A stretch of DNA of 36,507 nucleotides from a virus, in the IMG/VR virus record IMGVR_UViG_3300018080_000077, positions 1-36,507 of that record; one strand, 5' to 3'. The notes under the pieces are model-generated. The model searched no databases, was not told the origin of the DNA, and worked only from the letters and a program-made list of their open reading frames with translations. Both the position numbers and the translations under genes were made by a program. Below, in pieces: positions 14,376-23,735 of the stretch (positions within the stretch are counted from its first letter, which is position 1; every line of letters begins with the position of its first letter).

Positions 14376-16468
14376 GCTTTATGCCCCCAAAATATAGTAT
14401 TTTCAGCACTTAAATCTGTTTGTTTTGCTCCTCCACTACATGTAAAAGTTACGGTTGATGTGTCGGCAGCATCCATATCTGCTAAAACAGAATCTGTAAA
14501 TTGTGTTTGATCGCTTCCAGGCCATGCACCACTAGACATAAAGCGAGTACTATAGCTTCTATTAGAAGTTACTATTACCATTGCAACAGATGTGCTATTA
14601 GAACCACTTAAATAAATCATATATCCTAACATATATTTTCCATCTACTGGTGCCGTAAAAGTTGAAGTACCATCAAAATCAGAGTTTTGATCAAACCTTT
14701 CATTAGCAAGCACTAAAGTGTAATTAGTGCCGTCTCCAGTAACATTGTCTAGCTGTGAATTGTAAGCAGAAAAACACGATTGCAATGGGTATGACAGGAT
14801 TCCATTAGAATCTATTTCAACAGCATCATTTGTTCCAAGTGCCCCACCAACAGAAATTTTAAAAGCATCTCCATCATCATCGTCTACTCCGATAATAAAC
14901 TCATTTGTAGTGTTTATATCAAATTGAACAAAGCTATCTCCTGAAGCTCCAGGATCAATAGTGAGTTGTTTCATTTCAGGTGTATCAGAAAAATCTAAGG
15001 TAGGATTTCCTGCAACACCATCACCGTTTACTACATCTATTTGATTTGCAGTTCCTGTTATTGTCCTTTCTGTGTAGGTATTAGCAACCGTCCTAGTAAC
15101 TAAACCTGTGCCTGCCAATGCTTCAAGTCCTGATAAGTCGTCAGCTAATGCAAACGTTATGCTTCCAGCTCCTCCTGTAATAGTGATTCCTGCCGCAGGA
15201 GCTGTAAGTGTTGCTAATGCTGGATCAGCCCCAGTTGATCCTATTAAAAGCTGTCCATTTGTAGGCGCGACGGTTGCTGTTATAGCTGCCGTTCCTGATC
15301 CAAGTAATATACCATGATCTGCTAAGGTTGCAGCTCCTGTACCTCCTTGTATGACTTCTATTGCAGTTCCAAGTATTACTTCATAAACTATAGATCCGAC
15401 AACAGTTGTTTTCGCTCCTGTCAAATCATTACAAAATAAATTTAAAGTTGCGCCGTTTGCTACATCGTAAGCAGTTGTGCAATTTATGTTTCCTGCAGAT
15501 ATATTTGCAACTCCAGCATCTATATCTATTCCTATAGAACAACCTTCTATTCTATTTACAATTAAATCAAACTCTCCATCCAAAATAGCTATGCCTGTTC
15601 CGTTTCCTCCGCCTGTATCTTGAATGTGATCGATTCTTCCTACTGTTGTTCCGGCATTTGCTCTTCCTATACCAACTCCTGTTCCAGTTATATAAATATC
15701 TCCGCCATTAACGTGTATATGATTAAGAGCTGAAGACAAATCGCCTATTCCAACTCCATTTAAAACAGTTAATCTTTTCCATTTAATATTTACAAAACCA
15801 GCAGTGCAAATAAGTCCTATTGCATTTCCTTGTAAATTAATATCATCTATTTCAATAAAAGAATATAAGGTTCCAGCGGTTTTAGATATTCCAGTTAATC
15901 CAGTTGCAACATCTTGATGACGAAATTTAACGCTTACATTGTCAACTATAACTATTGTTCCAACTAAAGAAGCGCTTACTGCATCAATATCAACATATTG
16001 TACACACGTAATATTTTCAGTATAAATTCCATCGTCGAAGCATTTAATAACAAATCTATTATTTGCTGTCGGTGTTGCAGCTGTTGCAGCTGTTATGGCC
16101 GCTCCAAATGTTAAAAACGCTTCTTCTATATTTAATCCAGAATTAGCATCGTTTCCATGTTTTCCAACATAAAATATTTGATCTTCATCTACGCCAAATG
16201 TGGAAACTGTAAAGTCTAGTGTTCCTGCTCCACCTGTTATTGTAATAGATCCATCTGAAGAAGTTGGAACTGCAGCAACTGGATCAACTCCTGCAGTATC
16301 TCCAATTAAAATTTGCCCATCTGTTAAAGGGCCTATCATTGTAACTGGATTTGTTCCATCTCCGACTAAAACAGCTCCGTCTGTAAGAGTATTCCTTCCA
16401 GTTCCCCCATTTGGCACTGTTACAGGAGTTGTTAAAGTTGTGTCTGTATCTCTACACGAATGACTCAT
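14369..16468 (-). CDS. Tail fibre/spike with a beta-helix core and a C1q/TNF-like C-terminal domain
   Basis: Start re-set to the ATG at 16468 (ATGA overlap, AAAGGA SD). Two copies of the GGTG...TDGQ(I/L)LIG...ITITGGAGS module. FYVGKHGNDANSGLNIEEAF..GIYTENI is beta-helix-like. The C-terminus is C1q-like. Confidence 0.75.
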   Translation of the reverse strand: MSHSCRDTDTTLTTPVTVPNGGTGRNTLTDGAVLVGDGTNPVTMIGPLTDGQILIGDTAGVDPVAAVPTSSDGSITITGGAGTLDFTVSTFGVDEDQIFYVGKHGNDANSGLNIEEAFLTFGAAITAATAATPTANNRFVIKCFDDGIYTENITCVQYVDIDAVSASLVGTIVIVDNVSVKFRHQDVATGLTGISKTAGTLYSFIEIDDINLQGNAIGLICTAGFVNIKWKRLTVLNGVGIGDLSSALNHIHVNGGDIYITGTGVGIGRANAGTTVGRIDHIQDTGGGNGTGIAILDGEFDLIVNRIEGCSIGIDIDAGVANISAGNINCTTAYDVANGATLNLFCNDLTGAKTTVVGSIVYEVILGTAIEVIQGGTGAATLADHGILLGSGTAAITATVAPTNGQLLIGSTGADPALATLTAPAAGITITGGAGSITFALADDLSGLEALAGTGLVTRTVANTYTERTITGTANQIDVVNGDGVAGNPTLDFSDTPEMKQLTIDPGASGDSFVQFDINTTNEFIIGVDDDDGDAFKISVGGALGTNDAVEIDSNGILSYPLQSCFSAYNSQLDNVTGDGTNYTLVLANERFDQNSDFDGTSTFTAPVDGKYMLGYMIYLSGSNSTSVAMVIVTSNRSYSTRFMSSGAWPGSDQTQFTDSVLADMDAADTSTVTFTCSGGAKQTDLSAENTIFWGHKAC

Positions 16469-16935
16469 GATGTTATCCTTTCTGTCCATCCAATACTAGT
16501 CATAAGCTTTGAAGAGCTTGCTGCTATTCCGCTTACAACAAAAGTATCGCCAGGTGTTAATATAATGTTGTATTCTCTAAGATCAATGTGCCTATCATTA
16601 ACTTGAGCTAAAGTATACCACCCAAGTTGTGTCCCTCCAGCTATTGTTGTGCCAGCAGTATCAAATTGTGAAATTGATCCTCTTGGAACATCAGAAAAAG
16701 ACGGAGTTCCACCAACTGTTGGATTTATATAAATTTTTATTTCAAAACTAACTTGTCCGTTTGTTGCAACATTTATATAATCTATTTTTATGTTGTCAGT
16801 ATTTGGAGTTCCCTTACATTTAATAGTTAAAATATTCACTTCGGTTGTTATTGTTTTTTCATGTGAATAAAATGCTTTTAAATAATCTTGAAGAAGTTGT
16901 TCTTTATTTTGTTCTACTGGACTACTTCCACTCAT
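16465..16935 (-). CDS. Hypothetical virion/tail-associated protein
   Basis: 156 aa from the ATG at 16935 with GGAGG SD. Beta-rich. Lies between fibre genes. Confidence 0.5.
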   Translation of the reverse strand: MSGSSPVEQNKEQLLQDYLKAFYSHEKTITTEVNILTIKCKGTPNTDNIKIDYINVATNGQVSFEIKIYINPTVGGTPSFSDVPRGSISQFDTAGTTIAGGTQLGWYTLAQVNDRHIDLREYNIILTPGDTFVVSGIAASSSKLMTSIGWTERITS

Positions 16936-16945
16936 AATAACCTCC

Positions 16946-17284
16946 TTAACCGTAGAAACATTGTATAATTGCTTCTCCGCTAGTAGGTGCAACTCCTGTA
17001 TGTCTTACTTGAAACTGAACTCCCACTGGAAGGAAAAGCCCTCCCCCGCCTTTTTGATTTGCAGTCATATCTAATGTATCATGTGATCCAGGTGGCAATC
17101 TAAAAACAGTTGTAGCTCCTCCATCCCAGCTAACTTCGATAGTTGTATCGGTTGCATTTTTAACCATAACGACTCGTATTGGATTTTCTGTAACTCCTCC
17201 AATGTCTGCATAGTTTGCACCAATACCACCAAAGGCTAAAGTTCTTACATCTTCAGCCAATGCTCTTATCTCTGGTCCAGGCAT
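16946..17284 (-). CDS. Hypothetical virion/tail-associated protein
   Basis: 112 aa, AGGAGG SD, beta-rich. Confidence 0.5.
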   Translation of the reverse strand: MPGPEIRALAEDVRTLAFGGIGANYADIGGVTENPIRVVMVKNATDTTIEVSWDGGATTVFRLPPGSHDTLDMTANQKGGGGLFLPVGVQFQVRHTGVAPTSGEAIIQCFYG

Positions 17285-17339
17285 ATTTCCTCCTATTTAA
17301 AGCGCTCACCTAAATATTAGATGAGCACTATTGTTAAAA

Positions 17340-19925
17340 TTATTCTAATCCACAAGCTAATGATATTAAATGTATTGCAGCAGGTGTTCCACCAGCAGCA
17401 AACAAATGATGTATAAATGGAATGACTACATCTCCATTGTCGAATGTCATTGCTTGTTCAGCACTCAAGGCAACACCATCATAAAGATAAGAAACTACTC
17501 CTGCATCCGAAACACTTAATCTAACAGTATGTGTTTCACCATCTGCCCAAGCATCAGTAGAGTTAACGTAGTTCCAACCAGTTCCATTTAAGTTTTTACC
17601 AGTAATCACTGTGTCTGCATTGGTTGTCGCGTGTAATCCAATAACTCCTGCATCAGTATAGTTTGTAAAAACAGCATTAGGAGCGCCTTGTTTTCTAAAT
17701 CCCACCCACAATGGATCCGATGTTCCACAATCTGCTACTTTAAACCTAGCCTCAATAAAGAAAGCTGGACTTGTTCCGATTGTAAACAAGAATTTAGAAA
17801 CATTTGTGTGGCCCCAGTAATATTCAGCACCTTCACTAGTCGTTAAATCTAGAGAAATTAATAAACCACTATCTTCTAATCTTGGAGCAATAATTGTTTG
17901 TCCTGCACCCAAAATAAATTGTTCCATTGTATGACCGTCTTGCAGATACATGATGTTATAGTCACCAGTAGCACCAGTTGGAGCAGCTCCAGTATTAGCA
18001 CGAGATTGCAAAATTGGACACACATTTATCGCAGGAATATTAACATTTGTTACATTTATGTTTCTTCCTGTGATATCACCAAGAGAATCTATTGTAGCAA
18101 CAGAAGCACCAGAATTATTTCTTACTTTAAAAGCATTTGCTCCGACATCATCTCCAAGATCAATATAAAAATCATCTCCTGCAACACAATTAACAGTTAC
18201 AGAACTTCCATCAGAAACAACAGTAGATTGATCGAATAACCTAATGTCGGCTTGAGCGTATGCAACACCTGCATCAGATGGAGTTGTATTATAAAGATCA
18301 AGACCATAATCCCAATCCGCTATCGCTTGATTTCCTTGTGCAACGCCAAGACCTGCTCTTCCAGCAGTTCCAGCACCAATACCTAACCTAGTTGCTACAA
18401 CACCGTATCCATAGTTATTTAATGGTGTTGTATATTCTACAACCGAACCAACACCTGCATAAATACCTGTAATAGGAGCGGCAGAAGCATCATCACCAAT
18501 GTAATAACCCTTTACACCAAAAGCATATACTTGAGGAATGTCTGTATTATCTGTTTCGTGGATTAAAATAGATCCTTCAACACCTGCAAACGTACTAGCT
18601 ATAACAGATCCATCTACTTGCGTTCCTGTTCCAAGAACACCAATTGGCATCAATATATTAGAGCCAGCAGAAGCAGTAATAGAACCTTCAACAGCACGAG
18701 GCTCATGTGCACCATCACCACTTGATACTGTTAAGTTTCCTTTGATGCTTCCTAAATAAGAAGCTCCAGAAGCTGTTGCATCATCTCCAAATGCTTGAAT
18801 AATCGATCCATCGGCATTAAAAACGTTTACTCTATATGTGGAGTCTCCCGCCATTATTTTTGTAAGTCTCGTTTCTGCGGTGTGTGTTAGCGTTAATGTT
18901 CCTGCTAAATTAGATCCATCTAAAAAATCAACTCCAGCAAGCATTATTGCTCCCGCTCCTGCTCCATCTATTGCAGGATTATTGCTTGTATCAATCGTTA
19001 CATTGCTAAGATTGATTTGTCCTGTACCACCTTGTGATAAAGCGGGAGTGGCACCAGTTGAAAAAGTACTATTAGAAATATTTCCATTAGCACTTCCACC
19101 AAGTGTCACCGTACCTAAGAAAGAACATCCCATGGTTGCAGAAATGGTTGTCGTTCCTCCTATTGCAGATTGACATACAAGACGACCATTAACCATTGTT
19201 AAAGTTCCATCGTCTAATGTAAAATCTTGCGTAGTTCCAGCACCACAAAGTGACTGCCATATACCAACATCAGCACCACCTGTGTTATTGACAACACCGT
19301 TTGCTGTGCTTGCTTCTGCGCAAGAAACAAATTGAAGATTTCCAGTCCAGTTAGCAAGATTGAACGTATATCCATTCGTGCAATTTACAAGAACATTGAA
19401 AAGAAGCAATCTTCCTGTTCCTGCAGCTGCACTATTAAATATATGAGTTGCACTTGTCATAGTACAATCATAAAAAGTGACATCGCCAGCAGCTGGTGGA
19501 ACATGTACGCCTGTAATAATCGTTTCGAGACCTGCACCTTGGATTACTTGACCAGCATAAAGTGTTAAATCTTCTGTATAAGTTCCTGGTCTTACATAAA
19601 TTACAGCGTCTAATCCTGCAGCGTTTGCAGCAGTAACAGCTGCTTGAATCGTTGTATAGTCACCAGTTCCGTCAGCATCTACTACATACTTTGTCATTGG
19701 AGCATTACCACCTGCTGACTGCGATATTGGTTCCCAGTTTGCTGTATTTGCAGTAACGCTTGTAAGCATCCATACATTGTTTAACGGTTCATTAATCCAT
19801 AGCGTTCCTATGTCATGATTTAAGTCTGCCGTAGTTGGAATTCGTTGCGCCCTTATTAAGTTAGGGGGGTTGGGCGATTTTACCCCCATATAAGATAGGA
19901 CATTTTGTCCAGCTGGAAAAGGCAT
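17340..19925 (-). CDS. Tailspike with a pectin-lyase-fold (depolymerase-like) beta-helix and a ConA/LamG-like C-terminus
   Basis: 861 aa, GGAGG SD. YVVDADGTGDYTTIQAAVTAANAAGLDAVIYVRPGTYTEDLTL matches the pectinesterase/pectate-lyase entry motif (G.G.y.TIq.Av.aa....I.v..G.Y.E). C-terminal GETHTVRLSV...YLYDGVAL is lectin-like. Confidence 0.75.
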   Translation of the reverse strand: MPFPAGQNVLSYMGVKSPNPPNLIRAQRIPTTADLNHDIGTLWINEPLNNVWMLTSVTANTANWEPISQSAGGNAPMTKYVVDADGTGDYTTIQAAVTAANAAGLDAVIYVRPGTYTEDLTLYAGQVIQGAGLETIITGVHVPPAAGDVTFYDCTMTSATHIFNSAAAGTGRLLLFNVLVNCTNGYTFNLANWTGNLQFVSCAEASTANGVVNNTGGADVGIWQSLCGAGTTQDFTLDDGTLTMVNGRLVCQSAIGGTTTISATMGCSFLGTVTLGGSANGNISNSTFSTGATPALSQGGTGQINLSNVTIDTSNNPAIDGAGAGAIMLAGVDFLDGSNLAGTLTLTHTAETRLTKIMAGDSTYRVNVFNADGSIIQAFGDDATASGASYLGSIKGNLTVSSGDGAHEPRAVEGSITASAGSNILMPIGVLGTGTQVDGSVIASTFAGVEGSILIHETDNTDIPQVYAFGVKGYYIGDDASAAPITGIYAGVGSVVEYTTPLNNYGYGVVATRLGIGAGTAGRAGLGVAQGNQAIADWDYGLDLYNTTPSDAGVAYAQADIRLFDQSTVVSDGSSVTVNCVAGDDFYIDLGDDVGANAFKVRNNSGASVATIDSLGDITGRNINVTNVNIPAINVCPILQSRANTGAAPTGATGDYNIMYLQDGHTMEQFILGAGQTIIAPRLEDSGLLISLDLTTSEGAEYYWGHTNVSKFLFTIGTSPAFFIEARFKVADCGTSDPLWVGFRKQGAPNAVFTNYTDAGVIGLHATTNADTVITGKNLNGTGWNYVNSTDAWADGETHTVRLSVSDAGVVSYLYDGVALSAEQAMTFDNGDVVIPFIHHLFAAGGTPAAIHLISLACGLE

Positions 19926-19989
19926 TATTTAACCTCCTGTATAAATTTTCTTTTACTAAAACACGTGTTTAATTTCAGTTATTTGCCCC

Positions 19990-20019
19990 TTTACAAAAAA
20001 TCTCAACCTTTTGTATAAT
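19990..20019 (+). promoter_or_regulatory. Near-consensus sigma70 promoter pointing against the late operon
   Basis: TTTACA (19990..19995), 18 nt, TATAAT (20014..20019). Confidence 0.45.
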
Positions 20020-20050
20020 TTGATTATAAAAAAACAAAGGAAACATAAAT

Positions 20051-20203
20051 ATGTATTACATTTTAATACCTGCACCAATATTATTAATTTGGTTTTGGCT
20101 ATTGCTGCCTGAACGTAAAGGAGTATCGAGTGGATACGATAGTTTTTTCGATGAAATAGAAGTTGAAAGAATGGAAGAAATTGACCACAACAAATATCGT
20201 TAA
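20051..20203 (+). CDS. 50-aa single-pass membrane peptide, absent from the ORF track
   Basis: My translation: MYYILIPAPILLIWFWLLLPERKGVSSGYDSFFDEIEVERMEEIDHNKYR. AAAGGA lies 8-10 nt upstream. The stop interlocks with the stop of the convergent gene 20200..21531 (TTAA). Confidence 0.45.
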   Translation: MYYILIPAPILLIWFWLLLPERKGVSSGYDSFFDEIEVERMEEIDHNKYR

Positions 20204-21531
20204 ATAGGTTCAAAATCAAAATCATATTCTTTGCTTAAATCCATTTTATTAAGTTCGTCATCTAACTTCTTTAAATTATTTATCATCGCCCCTGAATTTC
20301 TTTTAGCGGCATTTTCTAAAACTCCTACATAATATTTTCTTAGCTCTTTGTTTTTTGTTATTCTACTAAATAGCTTATAACTTTGAGCAGCTCCATAAGC
20401 TGCTCCTGCTGCACCTAACGCTGCTGGAGTAAACAAACCCATATGTCCAAAAAGCATTAGTGTATGAGGTGTAAATTGGTTGGGATCTACTTTTCTTGAA
20501 ATATATCTAGCAATTTTTCCAGTTTGTTTAACTCCAGCATAGGCTGTTAAAGCCTTTTTATATTGATTCATAAATTGCGGATTTTGTTTTCCATATTCAA
20601 ATAAAGTTTCATTTAATACATCATCGAATCTATCTAAATAATAACTTCCTCTTTCTTTTAATTCTTTTCCAAATCTATAGTCATTAATACTTGCTCTATA
20701 AGCAGGTAATTCTTCTACTGGGAGCATCCCTCTGTTTTTTTTAATAGTTTGTTGTAATTGCTTTGAAAGTTGATATGCTGGAGCTTTTTGAGGACTAATT
20801 CCTCCTTTTTGTAATTCACTTGTAAATTTAGCTAATTTTTTTTCTATAATTCTTGGAGCAACTACAGCTTCTTGTGGAATCATATCTATAGCTTTTTTAT
20901 ATTCTTGGCTTGCAAAATTTCTAGCAGAACCAGAATTTATTAATCCAGTAGATAACATTAGTCCAAGCTTTGTTGCAGTCTGTCCTTTTTCTCCAACACC
21001 CATTTCTTTTACAGCCTCTTTACCAAGTGTTCCTATAACACTCATTCCAATAGACTTTGATAATGGTATTTTTCCACCTATTGGAAACATTAAACTTGCA
21101 ACATCTTCTACTATTTCATCAGCAATTTCCTCTCCATAACTCTGAGGCTCTAATTTATCTCCTGTTAATGCTTGTGATAGCTTCCTAAGATCTTGCGTAG
21201 TTGGAAGCTTTCCTGGTTTTATTTCCATTCCAGCTATCTCTATCCGTTTTTCAAAAGGATCTTCTTGCATTGCTGTTTTAGCTATATTTTCTCCAAAGGC
21301 CCAACCTATTAACCTGTTAACACCAGTTTCTACTAAAGATTGTATATTTCCAGGAATTCCAACTACAGCCTCTCCAGCTCTCGACAATGATCTTACCAAG
21401 TGTCTTCCTGCCTCTTTACCTGCTTTATGATAAGGGCTCATTTCTTCTTCTTCAGCAACTTTAAATTCTCGTTGTTTATCTGTTTCAACTTGGTCTTCTG
21501 GTATAAAGGTAAAATCATACTCAGTATTCAT
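20200..21531 (-). CDS. Internal virion / ejection-type protein (by position)
   Basis: 443 aa, ATGA-coupled. Position between tail genes and fibres as in P22/epsilon15-like podoviruses. No enzymatic motif seen. Confidence 0.5.
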   Translation of the reverse strand: MNTEYDFTFIPEDQVETDKQREFKVAEEEEMSPYHKAGKEAGRHLVRSLSRAGEAVVGIPGNIQSLVETGVNRLIGWAFGENIAKTAMQEDPFEKRIEIAGMEIKPGKLPTTQDLRKLSQALTGDKLEPQSYGEEIADEIVEDVASLMFPIGGKIPLSKSIGMSVIGTLGKEAVKEMGVGEKGQTATKLGLMLSTGLINSGSARNFASQEYKKAIDMIPQEAVVAPRIIEKKLAKFTSELQKGGISPQKAPAYQLSKQLQQTIKKNRGMLPVEELPAYRASINDYRFGKELKERGSYYLDRFDDVLNETLFEYGKQNPQFMNQYKKALTAYAGVKQTGKIARYISRKVDPNQFTPHTLMLFGHMGLFTPAALGAAGAAYGAAQSYKLFSRITKNKELRKYYVGVLENAAKRNSGAMINNLKKLDDELNKMDLSKEYDFDFEPI

Positions 21532-22733
21532 AAGCGTTTTGCCCCTGCTCTTAATGCCTTATCTAATTGATTTTGTGGCACATATCCTCGTTTTCCATTA
21601 ATTTCAACAAGAACTCTTTCTTCGTCTGCTAATTCTTGATTTAAAACTATTGAGTTGTAATCATCTATTAATCTTTTTTCATCATTTTCTCTTAATTTTT
21701 CAGCTATTAAATCAGCTTGTGCTGCATCTATATTTCCAATACCATAATGCTGGTATACCTTTTTTAAACTATCATGATAAAGTTCGTTTAATTTATTAAT
21801 TGTCTGCATTTGTTTAATTATTAATTCTCGGCCTTCTTCCGTGTTTGCTAATGTTGGTAATCTCTGCATAAATCTTTGTAATTCAAAATTAGTAACTCTC
21901 GCTCCAAACGTATCTTTTGCTTTTACTGTAAAGTCATTAACTGTTTTTACAAAAAGTTGTGTTTCTTTATTTGCTAACGCTGGAACCCTTAATTCTCCAG
22001 TTTTCCAATTTACGTTTATTCTCTGCGCTCCTTTTGGAAGTTTTCCTGTCTTATTTAAATTTTCTAGTTGTTTGAGGGATCTTCCTTCATCTTGAGCACC
22101 TTTTAACTTCTCTTTAGCTTGATCATAAGAAGGACGATTTTCTTTTCTTAAAGTACTTTTTGCTTGAACTATCTCTTTAGGAGTCATTCCTTCAAACTGT
22201 TTTGGAGCTTCTGGAAAATTATACTGTCTCATATCGCTTTTAGAAATTTCGGAAAAAGGTTTTTGTTCTTCTGTCGTTGGTATTGGCGATTCAAAATCAG
22301 ATTTAGACAAACCACCTAGTTGCCCTCTTTGTATTTTATCAAAAAGAATATCGGCAAATTTTGTCTTTCCACCTACAGTTAGTTTGCTATAAAGATCAGC
22401 CATGTTATCAGCCTCTTCCTGCTGCATTCCGAATCTTTTAAGTAATCCAGACAATTCTCTTGGATCTTCTGGGAGCAAGCCTTTTTGTTGCATACCCTCT
22501 GCTTGCATAACAGTTCTTCCAATATCTTCACCAAATAAAGTAGAAGTAAGAGACGCTTTCTGAGCCAAAGGCATATTTTCATACTCAGGAGAAGACATAA
22601 ATCTTTTAATAGCTTCAGCTTTTTGTTGTTGTTTTCTTTTATCTACCAAGCCTCTTAATTCTGTTCCAGCATATGCCCCAAGAGCTCTTCCAAGGATACT
22701 TCCTAATCCATCTTCTTTCGGTAGTATATTCAT
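21528..22733 (-). CDS. Internal virion / ejection-type protein (by position)
   Basis: 401 aa from the ATG at 22733 with GGAGG SD (the track start lies further upstream). Confidence 0.5.
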   Translation of the reverse strand: MNILPKEDGLGSILGRALGAYAGTELRGLVDKRKQQQKAEAIKRFMSSPEYENMPLAQKASLTSTLFGEDIGRTVMQAEGMQQKGLLPEDPRELSGLLKRFGMQQEEADNMADLYSKLTVGGKTKFADILFDKIQRGQLGGLSKSDFESPIPTTEEQKPFSEISKSDMRQYNFPEAPKQFEGMTPKEIVQAKSTLRKENRPSYDQAKEKLKGAQDEGRSLKQLENLNKTGKLPKGAQRINVNWKTGELRVPALANKETQLFVKTVNDFTVKAKDTFGARVTNFELQRFMQRLPTLANTEEGRELIIKQMQTINKLNELYHDSLKKVYQHYGIGNIDAAQADLIAEKLRENDEKRLIDDYNSIVLNQELADEERVLVEINGKRGYVPQNQLDKALRAGAKRL

Positions 22734-22734
22734 A

Positions 22735-23241
22735 TTAAAAAAGACCTCCAGCAAAACCACTAGCTGCACCGCTCAACAATCCACCGAGCATTCCTTGTGA
22801 ACCAGGTCTATAATATTGAGTATATGGACTTAATCCCAATCCACTAGCCATACCAGCATAAGGAGCTTGAGCATATCCTAATGCCTGCCCAAGCGCACTT
22901 TGCATAAGACCTGCTCTTTGAGCTCCTAATTGAGTAGATAATCCCTTTGCTGCCTGTGCTAATGCTTGATTTAAACCACTAGAGCTTCCAGCTCCCATCC
23001 CAGCAAATCTTTCTGCAATACCCGGTGCTATTTCTTGTTCAAACTGGTCTAATAAAGGTTGTTCAAATGCTGAAAAATCACCACTAAATAAATTCTTTAA
23101 ATAGTCTCCGCCAAGACCATAAAGCTCATCTTCAGTAATTCCGCCTTGTAAAAGCTTATTCCAAGCTTCTTCTGCTTCAGGAGAGAGGGCCTTCTTCTTC
23201 ATCTTTCCTTTTTTACCAAATAAAAAATCTGTAAATCCCAT
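22735..23241 (-). CDS. Gly/Ala/Gln-rich internal virion protein with a glycine-zipper C-terminus
   Basis: 168 aa, ending ...GMLGGLLSGAASGFAGGLF. Confidence 0.5.
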   Translation of the reverse strand: MGFTDFLFGKKGKMKKKALSPEAEEAWNKLLQGGITEDELYGLGGDYLKNLFSGDFSAFEQPLLDQFEQEIAPGIAERFAGMGAGSSSGLNQALAQAAKGLSTQLGAQRAGLMQSALGQALGYAQAPYAGMASGLGLSPYTQYYRPGSQGMLGGLLSGAASGFAGGLF

Positions 23242-23249
23242 AATTTCCC

Positions 23250-23735
23250 CTACGTTTTTATATATTCCACTACTGCAATACCGCTTGTTATAGGAGGCGC
23301 GGCTGCACCATTAATAATAACAATATTTGCAGCAGTAACATTCATTTCTATCTGCTGATTTGTAGCTGCAACAGACACATATGGTATTGGCCTATTATCA
23401 GGAACATTCGTAATGCAAGTTCCATAAATCCTCGTATAAAGCGCTATCCCTACTAAGCCATGCGCTATATTTAAAGTGGCCCCTGCTGCTATTGCGCCAA
23501 ATTCAAAACACCTTCTATATGTATATCTTTTTGTTTGATTATTACCTGTTGTAAACCACTGTTGTCCTGTTAAAAGCTCCCTATCCTCATATTGAGCATT
23601 TTCTTTTAAATTAACAACCCCTGCTATTTGTCTATGACGTTCTGCAAAAAGGCTATTTACTTCGTTTTGTTCTTTAGGTAATTGTATTTCTATAGGAAGT
23701 GAATTAATCCATGTATTAACTGGTCCATACGTCAT
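23250..23735 (-). CDS. Hypothetical tail structural protein
   Basis: 161 aa, ATGA-coupled to the large tail protein gene. Confidence 0.5.
   Translation of the reverse strand: MTYGPVNTWINSLPIEIQLPKEQNEVNSLFAERHRQIAGVVNLKENAQYEDRELLTGQQWFTTGNNQTKRYTYRRCFEFGAIAAGATLNIAHGLVGIALYTRIYGTCITNVPDNRPIPYVSVAATNQQIEMNVTAANIVIINGAAAPPITSGIAVVEYIKT

Noticed and set aside
12186-19925. Diversity-generating retroelement or other targeted hypervariation in the repeat-rich fibre genes
   Set aside because: No reverse transcriptase ORF exists and no template/variable DNA repeat pair was found. The shared fibre modules are similar at the protein level only.
19956-20225. 89-aa minus-strand ORF in the gap between the ejection-protein and tailspike genes
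   Set aside because: It has no SD, odd Cys/Leu/Phe-rich composition, and overlaps the stop of the upstream gene. The plus-strand promoter plus SD plus 50-aa ORF explains the gap better.
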